Assembly: GCA_033764015.1 (NCBI GenBank)
Contig: JANRJK010000013.1
Coordinates: 128,001-192,000, forward strand
Length of the DNA: 64,000 nucleotides
Reading direction: 5' to 3'
Source of the DNA: Candidatus Sumerlaeia bacterium
GTDB lineage: Bacteria > Sumerlaeota > Sumerlaeia > SLMS01 > JANRJK01
Shown here piece after piece: positions 18,340-28,323 of this stretch. A program made the translations under genes and the position numbers. How positions within the stretch are numbered: position 1 is the stretch's first letter; each line of letters starts with the position of its first letter. Under the pieces are notes generated by a model. The model ran no database searches. It was given only the letters and a program-made list of their open reading frames with translations, and had not been told where the DNA came from.

Positions 18340-19971
18340 ATGGCTGGCGGCGGATTGGCGGGTTTGGACTACGCGGTGTCGGGGGCGCTGGTGGCGCTGA
18401 TGGTGTTCGTGGGCTGGCGCATGTCGCGGTCCGCGTCCGACGGCACCGGCGGGTTCTTCCTCGGAGGCCGGCGCGTGCCGGCGTGGGCGGCGTGCCTGTC
18501 CTTCGTCGCCGCGGAGATCAGTGCGATGACGATCGTGGGCGTGCCGGCGGACTCCTACCGGTCGAACTGGAACTACGCGCAGTTCTTCATCGGCTCCGCG
18601 CTGGCCCGCGTGGTGGTGGCGTTCGTCTTCATCCCGGCGTTCTTCTCCGCGAACTGCACGACGATCTACGAATTCCTGCGCGACCGCTTCGGCGCGCCGA
18701 CGCAGTACGGCGCGACGGGGCTCTTCTTCGCCACGCGGCTGCTGGCGTCGGGCGTGCGGCTGTACCTCGCGTCGCTCGCGGTGGCGACGATCATGGGCTG
18801 GGGCCTCGCGCCGACCGTTCTGGCGTTCACCATCGTACCTATCCTCTTCATGGGCTTCGGGGGGATGCGGGCGGCGATCTGGACCGGCGTGGTGCAGGCG
18901 GTGGTGTTCCTGGCGGGGGGGCTCGCGGTGCTGGCGTTCCTGCACCTGTCGCTGGACGGCGGGATCGCGGCGGCGTTCGCGAGCGCGTTCCCGGTGGGGC
19001 CGGAGGCCGCCGCGCGGGCCTCCGCGAGCGCGATCCCCGCGGCGCAGGCGGTCTTCGCCGCCGCGGCGGAAAGCGGCTCGCGCGCGCCGTACTTCTTCAA
19101 CCTCGCCTGGAACCCGGGGCCCTACGAGCCCGGCGGCGCGATGGCGTTCCTGCACGGCGTCTTCGGCTCGAGCGCGGCGCTCTGGACCGGCGTGATCGCG
19201 GGCTTCTTCACCTCGCTGGCGTCCTTCGGCACGGATCAGGAGAACGCGCAGCGGCTGCTCTGCGTCGAGACGCGCCGCCAGAGCCAGCGGATGATCCTGT
19301 GGACCATCGTCGCGGGCGGCGCCGTGCTGCTGGTGTACCTCGCGGTGGGCTCCGGGCTCGCGGCGTACTACCTGGCGAACGCCGCCGCGACGCTTCCGGA
19401 GAAGACCGACAACGTGTTCCCGCACTTCATCGCGACGGTGCTGCCGGCGGGCCTCAAGGGCCTCCTGCTCGGCGCCATCGTCCTGGCGAGCATCGACTCG
19501 CCGCTCGTCAGCCTCTCGACCTCCGCGGTGACGGACCTCTACCGCCCGCTGGTGCGCCGCGGCGCGGACGAGGCGCACTACGTCCGGGTGTCGCGCTTCG
19601 CGGTGGCGGGGTTCGGCGCGGTGCTCGGCGCGCTGGCGATGTTCTTCTCGGGCTTCGACGGGGCGCTCTGGGTGGGGTTCAAGATCGGCGGCGTCACCTT
19701 CGGCTCGCTGCTCGGCGTGTTCCTCGTGGGCATCCTGTGGAAGGGGCGCGCGGGCGACGCGGCGCTCTGGGCCATGGGGGCCAACACCGCCGCGATGGCG
19801 GCGCTGCTCTGGCTGATCGAAACGAAGGTGCTATGGCTTTCCTGGGCGTGGCTGCCGGTCCTCGGGACCGTGTGCACCGCGGGTCTGACGCTGGCCCTCG
19901 CGGGGCTGCGCGCGCCGGCGCCGCGCGCGGCCGCCCCCGCGCCGGAGGCGGCCGGATCGCAACCCGCGTGA
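18340..19971 (+). CDS. Sodium:solute symporter family transporter
   Basis: FFLGGRRVPAWA, SAMTIVGVPA, TIYEFLRDRFG, GGMRAAIWT, GTDQENAQRLL; many TM helices. Confidence 0.92.
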   Translation: MAGGGLAGLDYAVSGALVALMVFVGWRMSRSASDGTGGFFLGGRRVPAWAACLSFVAAEISAMTIVGVPADSYRSNWNYAQFFIGSALARVVVAFVFIPAFFSANCTTIYEFLRDRFGAPTQYGATGLFFATRLLASGVRLYLASLAVATIMGWGLAPTVLAFTIVPILFMGFGGMRAAIWTGVVQAVVFLAGGLAVLAFLHLSLDGGIAAAFASAFPVGPEAAARASASAIPAAQAVFAAAAESGSRAPYFFNLAWNPGPYEPGGAMAFLHGVFGSSAALWTGVIAGFFTSLASFGTDQENAQRLLCVETRRQSQRMILWTIVAGGAVLLVYLAVGSGLAAYYLANAAATLPEKTDNVFPHFIATVLPAGLKGLLLGAIVLASIDSPLVSLSTSAVTDLYRPLVRRGADEAHYVRVSRFAVAGFGAVLGALAMFFSGFDGALWVGFKIGGVTFGSLLGVFLVGILWKGRAGDAALWAMGANTAAMAALLWLIETKVLWLSWAWLPVLGTVCTAGLTLALAGLRAPAPRAAAPAPEAAGSQPA

Positions 19972-19981
19972 GGGGACCGCG

Positions 19982-22291
19982 CTACTTCTTCTCCGCCGCG
20001 CGCGTGTAGCGCACCAGGCGGTCGTGCATCAGCGTGAGGAGCTGCGGGCGGCCCGACTCGTCCATGTCCTCGGCGACCACCTCGCGCGGCTCCGCCGGCG
20101 AATCGAGGTTCGAGCGCGCCGCGATGGAGCGCTCCTCGTCGAACGCCTTGAACGAGTAGAAGCGCAGCAGCGCCTCCTCCTTCGCCTCGTCGCGGCCGAG
20201 CGCGAAGAACTCGAGCAGGTGCTCCTTGGCCTCCACCGCCACGATCTCGTCGGGGCCGCCAGGGAGGAGCTGCGCCGAGAACACGCCGTGGTAGCCGCCG
20301 TCCTCGACCTCGGTGCGGGCCATGGCGGCGGTGGCGAAGCCGCCGTTCATGCGGCGGGTGTGGATCACCGCGAGCCGGTCCTGCGCGAGGAGCAGCACGT
20401 CGTCGCGCTTGTCGCCGTCCAAGTCGAGCGCCTGCATCGCGGTGTACTCGCCGCGGTCCAGATCGACATTCGCGAGCAGCGCGTAGGGGCCGTCCTTCTC
20501 CTCGACGCCGTAGAACGTCACGCAGCGGTTGGCCGCGTCGAGCAGGGCCACGTCGCGGCGTCCGCCGTCGCGGAACGAGCCGGTGGCCGCGGCGACGAGG
20601 CGCGAGCGGCTGTTGCGCCCGTTCATCTGCGCGAGGACCTCGGGCACGCCTTCGGCGCCGATGGCGAAGGCGCGGGCGAAGTCGCTCTTCACCGCGAGGG
20701 CCACCGGCTCCTTGGCGCCCTCGAGCGCGACCTGGAGGAGCTGTCCGGGGCGGAGGTCCTTCATCATTCCTTCGAGCACGCCCGAAGCGGTCGGGAGCGG
20801 TGCGAACGCGCCGTCCCCGTTGGCTAGGAGGAGCCGGGCGGGCTGGAACTCGTAGAAGACGACGAGGTCGCCGCGCCCGTCGCGGTTCACGTCGGCGCTG
20901 GCGAGGGCGGTGGCGTCCTTCAGCGCGAGCGCGGCGGCGTCCTCCGGCTTGGCGAGGGCGGGGCGCGCGTTCTCCGGCGCGCCGTCCTTCAGCTCGAAGG
21001 CGGCCAGCTCGAAGCCGCCGTCCTTCTCGCGCAGCGCGACGAGGAGCGGCTTGCCCGCCTGGTCGGCGAGGGCGGTCGCCTTCACGACACCGAGCTGCGG
21101 CAGGATGCGGGGGAGCGGAAGCGAGGCGGAGTCTTTCGCCGCCTCGACCACGCCGGCGGCCTTCTCGGCTCCGCTGAAGAGGAGCAGCGGCGTCCGTTCC
21201 CCGCGCCCCGCGGGGAGCGCGAGCACCTTCTCGACGCCGCGGAAGGTCGGGTGCGCGGTGACGTCGAGGCCGCCGGAGCGCGTCTGGCGCAGCACGCGGA
21301 GGCTCGCGCCGCGGGCGCTGGAGACGACGACATCGAGGCGCCCGTCGCCGTCCACGTCCGCGAGCGCCATGTCGGCGCGCTCGGCGGGGAACTCCGGGTC
21401 GAAGGCCACGGTGTGCAGGTCCGACGCGTCGATCGCCTTCGCGGAGCCGTCGTCCTTCGGGGCGTCCGCCAGGCGCAGCAGCGCCAGCTCGCGAGTCTGC
21501 TCGAGGATGCCGGCGACGCCGTCGCGGACCCCCGGCGCGCGCAGCGGCGCCATCGCGCGGAGCTGGCTGGTGCGGACGCGGAACTCGGAGGGGAAGGTCT
21601 TCTCCGGGGATTGCAGGCGGACCACGAGGAACTCGCGCGCGCCCGCGTCCTGGAAGAGGATGTCGGTCAGGCCGTCCTGGTCGAGGTCGAGGAGCAGCGG
21701 CTCGGCGGTCGGCTCGTAGGCGGTGAAGAAGGTCGCCGCGGGATCGAGGTCCACCGCCCCCTTCTTCCCGGCGAGAAGCTGGAACACGCCCTTGCGGTAG
21801 GCGAGGATGTCGGGGTCGCGGTCGCCGTTGAGCTCCCCGGCGACCGCCACGTCGGCCTCGAGGCCGGTTTCGACCGGCGGCTGCAGCTTGCCGTCGCGGT
21901 CCTGGTACATGGCGAGGACGCGGGTGCCCTGGATCGTGAGGAGCAGGTCCGTGCGCCCGTCGCCGTCGATGTCGGCGGGGGTGATGGAGCGGGCCGTGGC
22001 GGTGAGCGGAATGCGCTCCTGGCGGTAGCCGGCCTCCTCGCCGCGGTCGGCGTAGTAGACGTCGAGGACGCCCTTCTCGTTCGAGACCATCGCGATATCG
22101 AGGCGCCCGTCGCCGTTCAGGTCGGCGGTGGCGAGTTCGGACGAGCGACGCTCCGCGGCGAGCGGATGCGGTCCGTCGAGGCGGAAGCCCTCGGCGTCCG
22201 CGGGGAGTTCGGCGGTCGCGCTACCCGCGGCGATCGCGAAGGCCAGCGCGGCGGCGGCGCGGGTGCGGAGCGTTGCGGAGTGCTTAGTCAT
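19982..22291 (-). CDS. Secreted FG-GAP/VCBS repeat protein
   Basis: Signal peptide; repeated DLNGDGRLD, DIDGDGRTD, DVDGDGRLD, DVNRDGRGD; overlaps the rlmN stop by 8 nt. Confidence 0.88.
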   Translation of the reverse strand: MTKHSATLRTRAAAALAFAIAAGSATAELPADAEGFRLDGPHPLAAERRSSELATADLNGDGRLDIAMVSNEKGVLDVYYADRGEEAGYRQERIPLTATARSITPADIDGDGRTDLLLTIQGTRVLAMYQDRDGKLQPPVETGLEADVAVAGELNGDRDPDILAYRKGVFQLLAGKKGAVDLDPAATFFTAYEPTAEPLLLDLDQDGLTDILFQDAGAREFLVVRLQSPEKTFPSEFRVRTSQLRAMAPLRAPGVRDGVAGILEQTRELALLRLADAPKDDGSAKAIDASDLHTVAFDPEFPAERADMALADVDGDGRLDVVVSSARGASLRVLRQTRSGGLDVTAHPTFRGVEKVLALPAGRGERTPLLLFSGAEKAAGVVEAAKDSASLPLPRILPQLGVVKATALADQAGKPLLVALREKDGGFELAAFELKDGAPENARPALAKPEDAAALALKDATALASADVNRDGRGDLVVFYEFQPARLLLANGDGAFAPLPTASGVLEGMMKDLRPGQLLQVALEGAKEPVALAVKSDFARAFAIGAEGVPEVLAQMNGRNSRSRLVAAATGSFRDGGRRDVALLDAANRCVTFYGVEEKDGPYALLANVDLDRGEYTAMQALDLDGDKRDDVLLLAQDRLAVIHTRRMNGGFATAAMARTEVEDGGYHGVFSAQLLPGGPDEIVAVEAKEHLLEFFALGRDEAKEEALLRFYSFKAFDEERSIAARSNLDSPAEPREVVAEDMDESGRPQLLTLMHDRLVRYTRAAEKK

Positions 22292-23468
22292 CTTCTTCCT
22301 CCTCGTTGCTTCCCGCCGCGGCGGCCGCGACGGCGAAGAATGCCAAATCGTCATCCGTGGGGGCCGCCGCCGGGGGGGCGGCGTCCACGCCCTTCGCCCC
22401 TCCGCGCTGGCGCGAATCCGTCGCCAGGTTTCCGCAGGCCCCGCTGATGTCCTGCGCCTTCGACCAGCGCACGCTCACCGTGAAGAACTCGTCCAGCAGC
22501 ACCGCGGCGAACCGGTCCACCGCCGAGGTGTCGGGGCGCTCGAACGGCAGCGCGGGGTTCGTGTTGAAGGGGATCAGGTTCACCTTCGCCCGCATTCCCC
22601 GCAGCAGTTCCGCGACCTGTCGCGCGTGGGCCTCGCTGTCGTTCAGGCCCTTCAGCAGCACGTACTCGTAGGTGATGCGGCGCCCCGGGCGCAGCGGGAA
22701 CTCGCGGAGCGCGGCGAGCAGCTCCTCGAGCGGGTACTTGCGCGTGATCGGCATGATCGCCTCGCGCATCGCCTGCGTGGGGGCGTTCAGGCTGACGGCG
22801 AGGTTCACCGAGGTGTCCGCCGCGGCGAGTTCGCGGATGCCGGGGATGATGCCGCTGGTCGAAACCGTGATGCGGCGCGGCGACAGGTCGACGCCGTCGT
22901 GGTTCGTGAGCAGGCGGATCGACTTCACCACCGCCTCCGTGTTGAGGAGCGGCTCGCCCATGCCCATGTACACAAGGTTGCGGAAGATGGCGTCCGGCTC
23001 GCGCTCCTTGAGGTGCCTGCGCGCGAAGAGCACCTGGTCGACGATCTCGTCCGCGGACATGTGGCGGAAGAAGCCGTTCGCGCCGGTGAGGCAGAACTTG
23101 CAGTCCACCGCGCAGCCCACCTGCGAGCTGAGGCAGAGGGTGTAGTAGTTCCGCTTCGTGTCGGGCATCAGGACCGACTCGATCTTCCTGCCGTCGGCGA
23201 GGCGGAAGAGGAACTTGGTGGAGCCGTCGCCGGAGGGGACCGAGCGGACGGCCTCCTCGACGCCCCCGAGGCGCGTATGCTCCGCGAGCCAGCCGCGCAG
23301 CTTCGCCGGGAGGTTCGCCATCTCCTCGAAGGAGCGGGCGCCCCGTGCGTGGAGCCAGTGGAAGAGCTGCTTGGCGCGGAAGCGTTCGTAGCCCGCCGCG
23401 GCGAGCAGCTCGGCGAGTTCCTCCGGGGTCATGCCGCGGAGCGGCGGCGGGGCGTTAGCGGTCATCAT
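22284..23468 (-). CDS. rlmN: Dual-specificity RNA methyltransferase RlmN
   Basis: CLSSQVGCAVDCKFC radical-SAM motif, MGMGEP, ITVSTSG, VNLIPFN, ISGACGNL. Confidence 0.95.
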   Translation of the reverse strand: MMTANAPPPLRGMTPEELAELLAAAGYERFRAKQLFHWLHARGARSFEEMANLPAKLRGWLAEHTRLGGVEEAVRSVPSGDGSTKFLFRLADGRKIESVLMPDTKRNYYTLCLSSQVGCAVDCKFCLTGANGFFRHMSADEIVDQVLFARRHLKEREPDAIFRNLVYMGMGEPLLNTEAVVKSIRLLTNHDGVDLSPRRITVSTSGIIPGIRELAAADTSVNLAVSLNAPTQAMREAIMPITRKYPLEELLAALREFPLRPGRRITYEYVLLKGLNDSEAHARQVAELLRGMRAKVNLIPFNTNPALPFERPDTSAVDRFAAVLLDEFFTVSVRWSKAQDISGACGNLATDSRQRGGAKGVDAAPPAAAPTDDDLAFFAVAAAAAGSNEEEEDD

Positions 23469-23580
23469 TCGTTCCGTCGGCGGTGGCCGTCCCCGAAGCA
23501 TCCGGTGGCCGGGGCATGGTTCGCAAGCGCAGTGCGGCGGAACCTTGCGCCGCCCCGGCGGGGCCGCCAGCCTGCGCAGC

Positions 23581-24102
23581 ATGTTGACGCGACGCGACGC
23601 CATCCGCCTGCTTGGGGCCTTCGGCCTGCTTGCGCTGTTCGGGCCTTCGGGCTGCGCGCTGCGCGCGGGGAGGCGGCGCGCGGCCCCCGCGCCGGCGGCT
23701 CCGGAGGCGCTCCGCGCCGTGCCGCACGAGGCGCTGCCGGACGGCGCCGTCGTGATGCGGGCGAACCTTCCGCGCCCCGGACCGGAGGTCGCCGTGCTGG
23801 TCGAAGCGGGGACGCCGGCGGGCGGCCTCGAACCCGTCCTGCTGGTGGCGGGGCGCGACGGGGCCCTCGGGGCGTACTCGCGGCTCGACGCGGCGTCCGG
23901 GGCGGAGCTGCTTCCGGTGCGCTCGGGCGGACGGCTGTTCTGGGAGTGCCCGCGGTGGGGTTCGCGGTACGACTGGGAGCTGTCGCGGGTGCTGCGCGGC
24001 CCTTCGGACCGGTTGCCGCGGCGCTACGGGCTGTCCGAGGGCCCGGAGTCGCTGCAGGTGGTGGGTCGCAGTGGCGACGCCCCGGTCGAAAGTTCTCCTT
24101 AA
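23581..24102 (+). CDS. Tat-signal lipoprotein with degenerate Rieske-like domain
   Basis: MLTRRDAI twin-Arg signal, lipobox-like PSGC; AYSRLDAASG and WECPRWGSRYD...VLRGPS align to the Rieske boxes with one ligand Cys left. Confidence 0.65.
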   Translation: MLTRRDAIRLLGAFGLLALFGPSGCALRAGRRRAAPAPAAPEALRAVPHEALPDGAVVMRANLPRPGPEVAVLVEAGTPAGGLEPVLLVAGRDGALGAYSRLDAASGAELLPVRSGGRLFWECPRWGSRYDWELSRVLRGPSDRLPRRYGLSEGPESLQVVGRSGDAPVESSP

Positions 24103-24216
24103 CCCGGCGCCCTGCGCCCTTGTAATCCCCCGGGGAATGATGCAGAACCGCACGCGAGGGCGACGCGGGCGCACCCGGGCACCGGGCGCCGGCGGGCCGC
24201 GACAGGGGCGCCGCGC

Positions 24217-27200
24217 ATGAAGACTTCGTACTCTCCCGACACGATCGCGAAGGTGTCCAAGGCTCTCGATCCGCAAGACGTGATCGAGTTCGTGGACTAC
24301 CGGCCGGAGATGATGCAGCGCGCCGGCACCACGATCCGCTGCGCCTGCCCGGCCCACAAGGAGGAGGGCTCCACGCGCTCCCTCGAAGTCGACCTCGCCA
24401 CGAAGGCCTGCAAGTGCGAGGAGGCGGGATGCCCCGCGTCCTTCGGCTGCGACCTGGTGACGCTCTATGCGCTCGCCACCGGCAAGAGCTTCGACACGGC
24501 GTTGGAGACCCTCGCCGAGGAATTCGGCATCCACATCGCCAAGGGCGACTCGAAGGAGTCCGTGGACGACCTTCGGAAGGTCGCCATGGAGGCGCTCGGG
24601 CGCGCCCAGTCGGACGACCGCAACCGTGTGTCGCACCTGGACGACGCGGAGCGCAGCCTGCGCAAGCTGCAGGCGCTCAACCCGGACGACCCCGAGATCC
24701 TCGCCGGCCTTTTCGAGGTCGAAAAGGACCGCGCCAACCTTCTCGAACTCGGCAACGTGACCGAGAAGCTCTACGCGCAGCTCACGGTCCGGGGCGACGC
24801 GGAGCGCGCGTCGCGCTACTTCGCCGAGTACCTCGAGGCGAACCCGTTCGACGTTCGGCTGCGGCGCAAGGTGGCGGAGCTGTTCCTCCAGCAGGGCCGC
24901 CGCGAGGAGGCGGTGCAGCTCCTGATGGCCGCCTGCGACAGCGCGGAGCAGGCGCAGCAGTACGACGCCGCCCTCGAGATGTACCACCGCATCGAGACGG
25001 TCGGCGGCGACGTCGTGGATGTGCACCCGATGATCGTGCAGCTCCTCACGCAGCTCGGCCGCAAGCAGGACGCCGCGAAGCAGATCGTCCGGCGCGCCGC
25101 GAAGCTCCGCGACGGCGGCAACCTCGTCGGGGCGGCGGAGACGCTCCTGGAGGTCCTAGAGCTGGAGCCGCCCAACACGGTGGTGCGCCTCGAGGCGATC
25201 AAGCTGCTGGCGGCCTCCGGGCTCTCGGAGGAGTCGACGCAGCGGTGCCTTGCGCTGGCGGACGAGATGCTCGAGCGCAACGACCCGCGGCGCTACCTGG
25301 AGGTGCTCCGTCTGCTCGCGCAGAAGCTACCGGACCACATCGGCCTGCTCGAGCGGCTCACCTTCGCGGAGCGCCAGCACGGCGAGCTGCGCCGGGCCGC
25401 CGAACTGGAGATGCGACTCGCGTTCCTCTACGAGGAGGCCGGCATCTACGAGAAGGCTCTCCTCCTCCTGGACAGCCTCCTCTCCGAGTTCCCGCAAAGC
25501 GTCGAAATCATGCGCCTGGTCTTCACGCTCCACGTGAAGGAGGGGGACGAGGAGGCCGCGCAGGTGATGCTCGAGCGCGCCTTGGCGACCGCGCGGGAGC
25601 TAGGGAACGACGACGCGGAGTTCTCGGTGCTCGAGAAGGCGGCGGAGCTGCTCCCGGAGAGCGCGGAGAACGCGGCGGAGCTGTTCGACTTCCTCCGCGC
25701 GAAGGGCGGCCCGGAGCGGCTGGCGCAGACCGTGCACGCCCACATCGAGCGCTTCCGCAAGGCGGAGAACATGCCGGGCCTCCTCGGCGCGCTGGAGACG
25801 GCGGGACGCCTCGAACCGCGGGAGCCGCGGCACGACCTGGAGCTCGCGGACCTCCGCACCGCCTTCGGCGACCCGGAGGGAGCCGCCGCCGCGCGGCTAC
25901 ACGGCGTCGAGAAGCTGCTCGCGCTCGACCGGGTCGACATGGCGGAGGCGCAGCTCGCGGCGGTGCTGGAGGAGAACCCCTCGCACCTCGCCGCGCTCCG
26001 GCTGCGCGCCCAGCTCCTCGACCGGCAGGGCAAGCGCGCGGAGGCGCGCGCGGTGCTGCTTCGCCTCGTGGACGCGCTGATCGCCGGAAAGTCCTTCGAT
26101 GAGGCGCAGGAGGTCCTGGCCCGCGTGACCGAGTCGGGGGGGAGCGACCTGGCCACGCTGCAGCGCGTGATCGACCTGGCGTCCGAGCGCGAGGACGAGG
26201 AGACCTACTGCAAGCACGCGCGCATGATCGTGGAGATCCACAAGACGGCGGGCGACGCGGAGGCCGCGCTCAAGCAGGGCGAGCTGATCCTCACGCTCCG
26301 CCCGGAGGATCCCCCGACGCTCAAGCTTCTCGCCGAGGTGCACGCCAAGGCCGGGGACGCGCAGCGGTCGGCGGACGCGCTGCGGCGACGCGCCTTCGCC
26401 CTGCGCCGTGGAACGGACCGCGACGAGGAGCGCCGCGCCATCGAAGCGCTCCTCGCGCAGGCGCCCAAGGACCGCGAGGCGCTCGAGCGGCTCACCGCGC
26501 TGCTCTACGAGGCGGGCGACACGGCCGCGGCGTCGAAGCGGCTCGACGAACTGGCCGCCGCGTCCTCCGAATCCGACCTGGAGAATTCGCTCCGCGACCT
26601 CGTGATCCGCCACCAGGACGATGTGGCGCTCCACGCCCGCCTCATCGCCGTCCTCCGGAAGGGCGGCGACCGCTCGTCGCTGGCGACCGCGCTGCTGTCG
26701 CTGGTGCAGGTGCACGAGCGCGCGGAGCGCTGGCGGGAGGCCCTCGCGCTCTACCGCGACGTGCTGCAGGTGTCGCCCGACAGCGTGGTGGCCCGCATGT
26801 CGATGGTCGAATGCCTCAAGCGCATCGGCGACCGCACCGGAGCCATCGACGCGCTGGTGGGCCTCGCGGAGCTGCACGCGCGGCAGGGCAACCTCGAAGA
26901 GGCCTCGGCCCGCTTCGACGACGCGATCCGGCAGGAGGTGCTGCTGGAGCGCACCTACCGGGCGAAGGCGCAGATGCTGCGCAACGCCGGCCGCGCGGAG
27001 GCCGCCGGCGACGCGTTCATGCAGTACGCCGAGGCGCTCCTCGCCGCAGACCGCCGCGCCGACGCCGTGAAGGCGATGCGCAACGCGGTCGAGATGGACC
27101 CCACCAACCGCGAGCTCCGGTCGCGGCTCGTCACCGCGCTCACGGAGAGCGGCAACGCGGGCGAGGCGGTGAAGGAGCTGTCGAACATGGCCGACGCTCT

Positions 27201-28305
27201 CTTCCGCGAGGGCGACTCCGAGTCGGGCATCTCGCTGCTGCAGGAGGCGGCCACGCTCGATCCCAACGACGTCCCGCTGCGGCGCAAGCTAGTGGACCGT
27301 CTGAAGAAGTCGGGGCGGGCGGAGGAGGCGGCGGAGGAGCTGCTGCCGATCGCGGAGGCGTACCTGGAGCGTTCGGAGGCGAACGAGGCGCTGAAGGCGC
27401 TGGACGAGCTGCTGGCGATCCAGCCGGACAACCTGCGGGCGCGGCGCCTCCGGGCGGAAACCTACATGGCGCGCGGCGACGACAAGCTCGCGCTCGCCGA
27501 GTTCCGCCAAATGACGCCGTTCCTCGACCGCGTGGGGGCGGGCGCGGCGGAGCTGCTGCCGCCGGCGCTCGAGATCATGCCGGAGTACACCTTCGAGAGC
27601 TTCGTCGTGGGCACGCGCAACAACTTCGCGCACGCCACCATGCGGGCCGTCGCCAAGTCCCCCGGCACCGCTTACAACCCCGTGTTCCTCTACTCCGACG
27701 TCGGCCTCGGCAAGACGCACCTGCTGCACGCGGCGGCGAACGCGATCCTCGAGACGAACCCGCGCGCGCGGATCACCTACACCAACGTAGAGGATTTCAC
27801 CGCGGAGCTGGTCGCGGCGATCGAGTCGAACACCGTCGCCGCCTTCCGCGCGAAGCACAAGAACGTGGACCTGCTGCTACTGGACGACGTGCAGTTCCTC
27901 TCCGGCAAGGAGCGCAGCCAGGAGGAGCTGTTCCACATTTTCAACACGCTCTTCCAGGCGAAGCGCCAGATCGTGGTCACCTCGGACCGCCCGCCGAAGG
28001 ACCTGACGCACCTCGAGAAGCGGCTGAAGTCGCGCTTCGGCGCCGGCGTCGTGGTGGACATCCAGTCGCCGGACCAGGAGACCCGCATCGCGATCCTGCA
28101 CCGCGAGCTGCAGACGAAGCATTCCGAGCTGAGGATGCCGTCGGAGCTGGTGCGCCTGCTCTCGAAGCGCATCGAGTCGAACGTCCGCGAGCTGAAGGGC
28201 GCCCTGAACCAGATCGCGCTGGCGCACTCGCTCGGCGGGCAGGCGCTGACGGAGGAACTCGTCAACCAGACGGTGGACCGCCTCTTCGAGGCGCAGGCCA
28301 CCTGA
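24217..28305 (+). CDS. DnaA-like AAA+ fusion: CHC2 zinc finger, long TPR-like region, DnaA domain III, no domain IV
   Basis: CPAH-x17-CKCEEAGC...SFDTALETLAEEFGI; helical repeats; YTFESFVVG, YNPVFLYSDVGLGKTHLL, LLLDDVQF, KERSQEELFHIFN, TSDRPP, RLKSRF, NVRELKGAL; stop follows domain III. Confidence 0.92.
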   Translation: MKTSYSPDTIAKVSKALDPQDVIEFVDYRPEMMQRAGTTIRCACPAHKEEGSTRSLEVDLATKACKCEEAGCPASFGCDLVTLYALATGKSFDTALETLAEEFGIHIAKGDSKESVDDLRKVAMEALGRAQSDDRNRVSHLDDAERSLRKLQALNPDDPEILAGLFEVEKDRANLLELGNVTEKLYAQLTVRGDAERASRYFAEYLEANPFDVRLRRKVAELFLQQGRREEAVQLLMAACDSAEQAQQYDAALEMYHRIETVGGDVVDVHPMIVQLLTQLGRKQDAAKQIVRRAAKLRDGGNLVGAAETLLEVLELEPPNTVVRLEAIKLLAASGLSEESTQRCLALADEMLERNDPRRYLEVLRLLAQKLPDHIGLLERLTFAERQHGELRRAAELEMRLAFLYEEAGIYEKALLLLDSLLSEFPQSVEIMRLVFTLHVKEGDEEAAQVMLERALATARELGNDDAEFSVLEKAAELLPESAENAAELFDFLRAKGGPERLAQTVHAHIERFRKAENMPGLLGALETAGRLEPREPRHDLELADLRTAFGDPEGAAAARLHGVEKLLALDRVDMAEAQLAAVLEENPSHLAALRLRAQLLDRQGKRAEARAVLLRLVDALIAGKSFDEAQEVLARVTESGGSDLATLQRVIDLASEREDEETYCKHARMIVEIHKTAGDAEAALKQGELILTLRPEDPPTLKLLAEVHAKAGDAQRSADALRRRAFALRRGTDRDEERRAIEALLAQAPKDREALERLTALLYEAGDTAAASKRLDELAAASSESDLENSLRDLVIRHQDDVALHARLIAVLRKGGDRSSLATALLSLVQVHERAERWREALALYRDVLQVSPDSVVARMSMVECLKRIGDRTGAIDALVGLAELHARQGNLEEASARFDDAIRQEVLLERTYRAKAQMLRNAGRAEAAGDAFMQYAEALLAADRRADAVKAMRNAVEMDPTNRELRSRLVTALTESGNAGEAVKELSNMADALFREGDSESGISLLQEAATLDPNDVPLRRKLVDRLKKSGRAEEAAEELLPIAEAYLERSEANEALKALDELLAIQPDNLRARRLRAETYMARGDDKLALAEFRQMTPFLDRVGAGAAELLPPALEIMPEYTFESFVVGTRNNFAHATMRAVAKSPGTAYNPVFLYSDVGLGKTHLLHAAANAILETNPRARITYTNVEDFTAELVAAIESNTVAAFRAKHKNVDLLLLDDVQFLSGKERSQEELFHIFNTLFQAKRQIVVTSDRPPKDLTHLEKRLKSRFGAGVVVDIQSPDQETRIAILHRELQTKHSELRMPSELVRLLSKRIESNVRELKGALNQIALAHSLGGQALTEELVNQTVDRLFEAQAT

Positions 28306-28323
28306 GCGGGCGGAGGCGCCACG

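Noticed and set aside
24217..28305. Calling this the canonical dnaA or the origin region
   Set aside because: No domain I or IV, three times the normal length, no dnaN/recF/gyrB nearby, and I saw no DnaA-box cluster in the flanks
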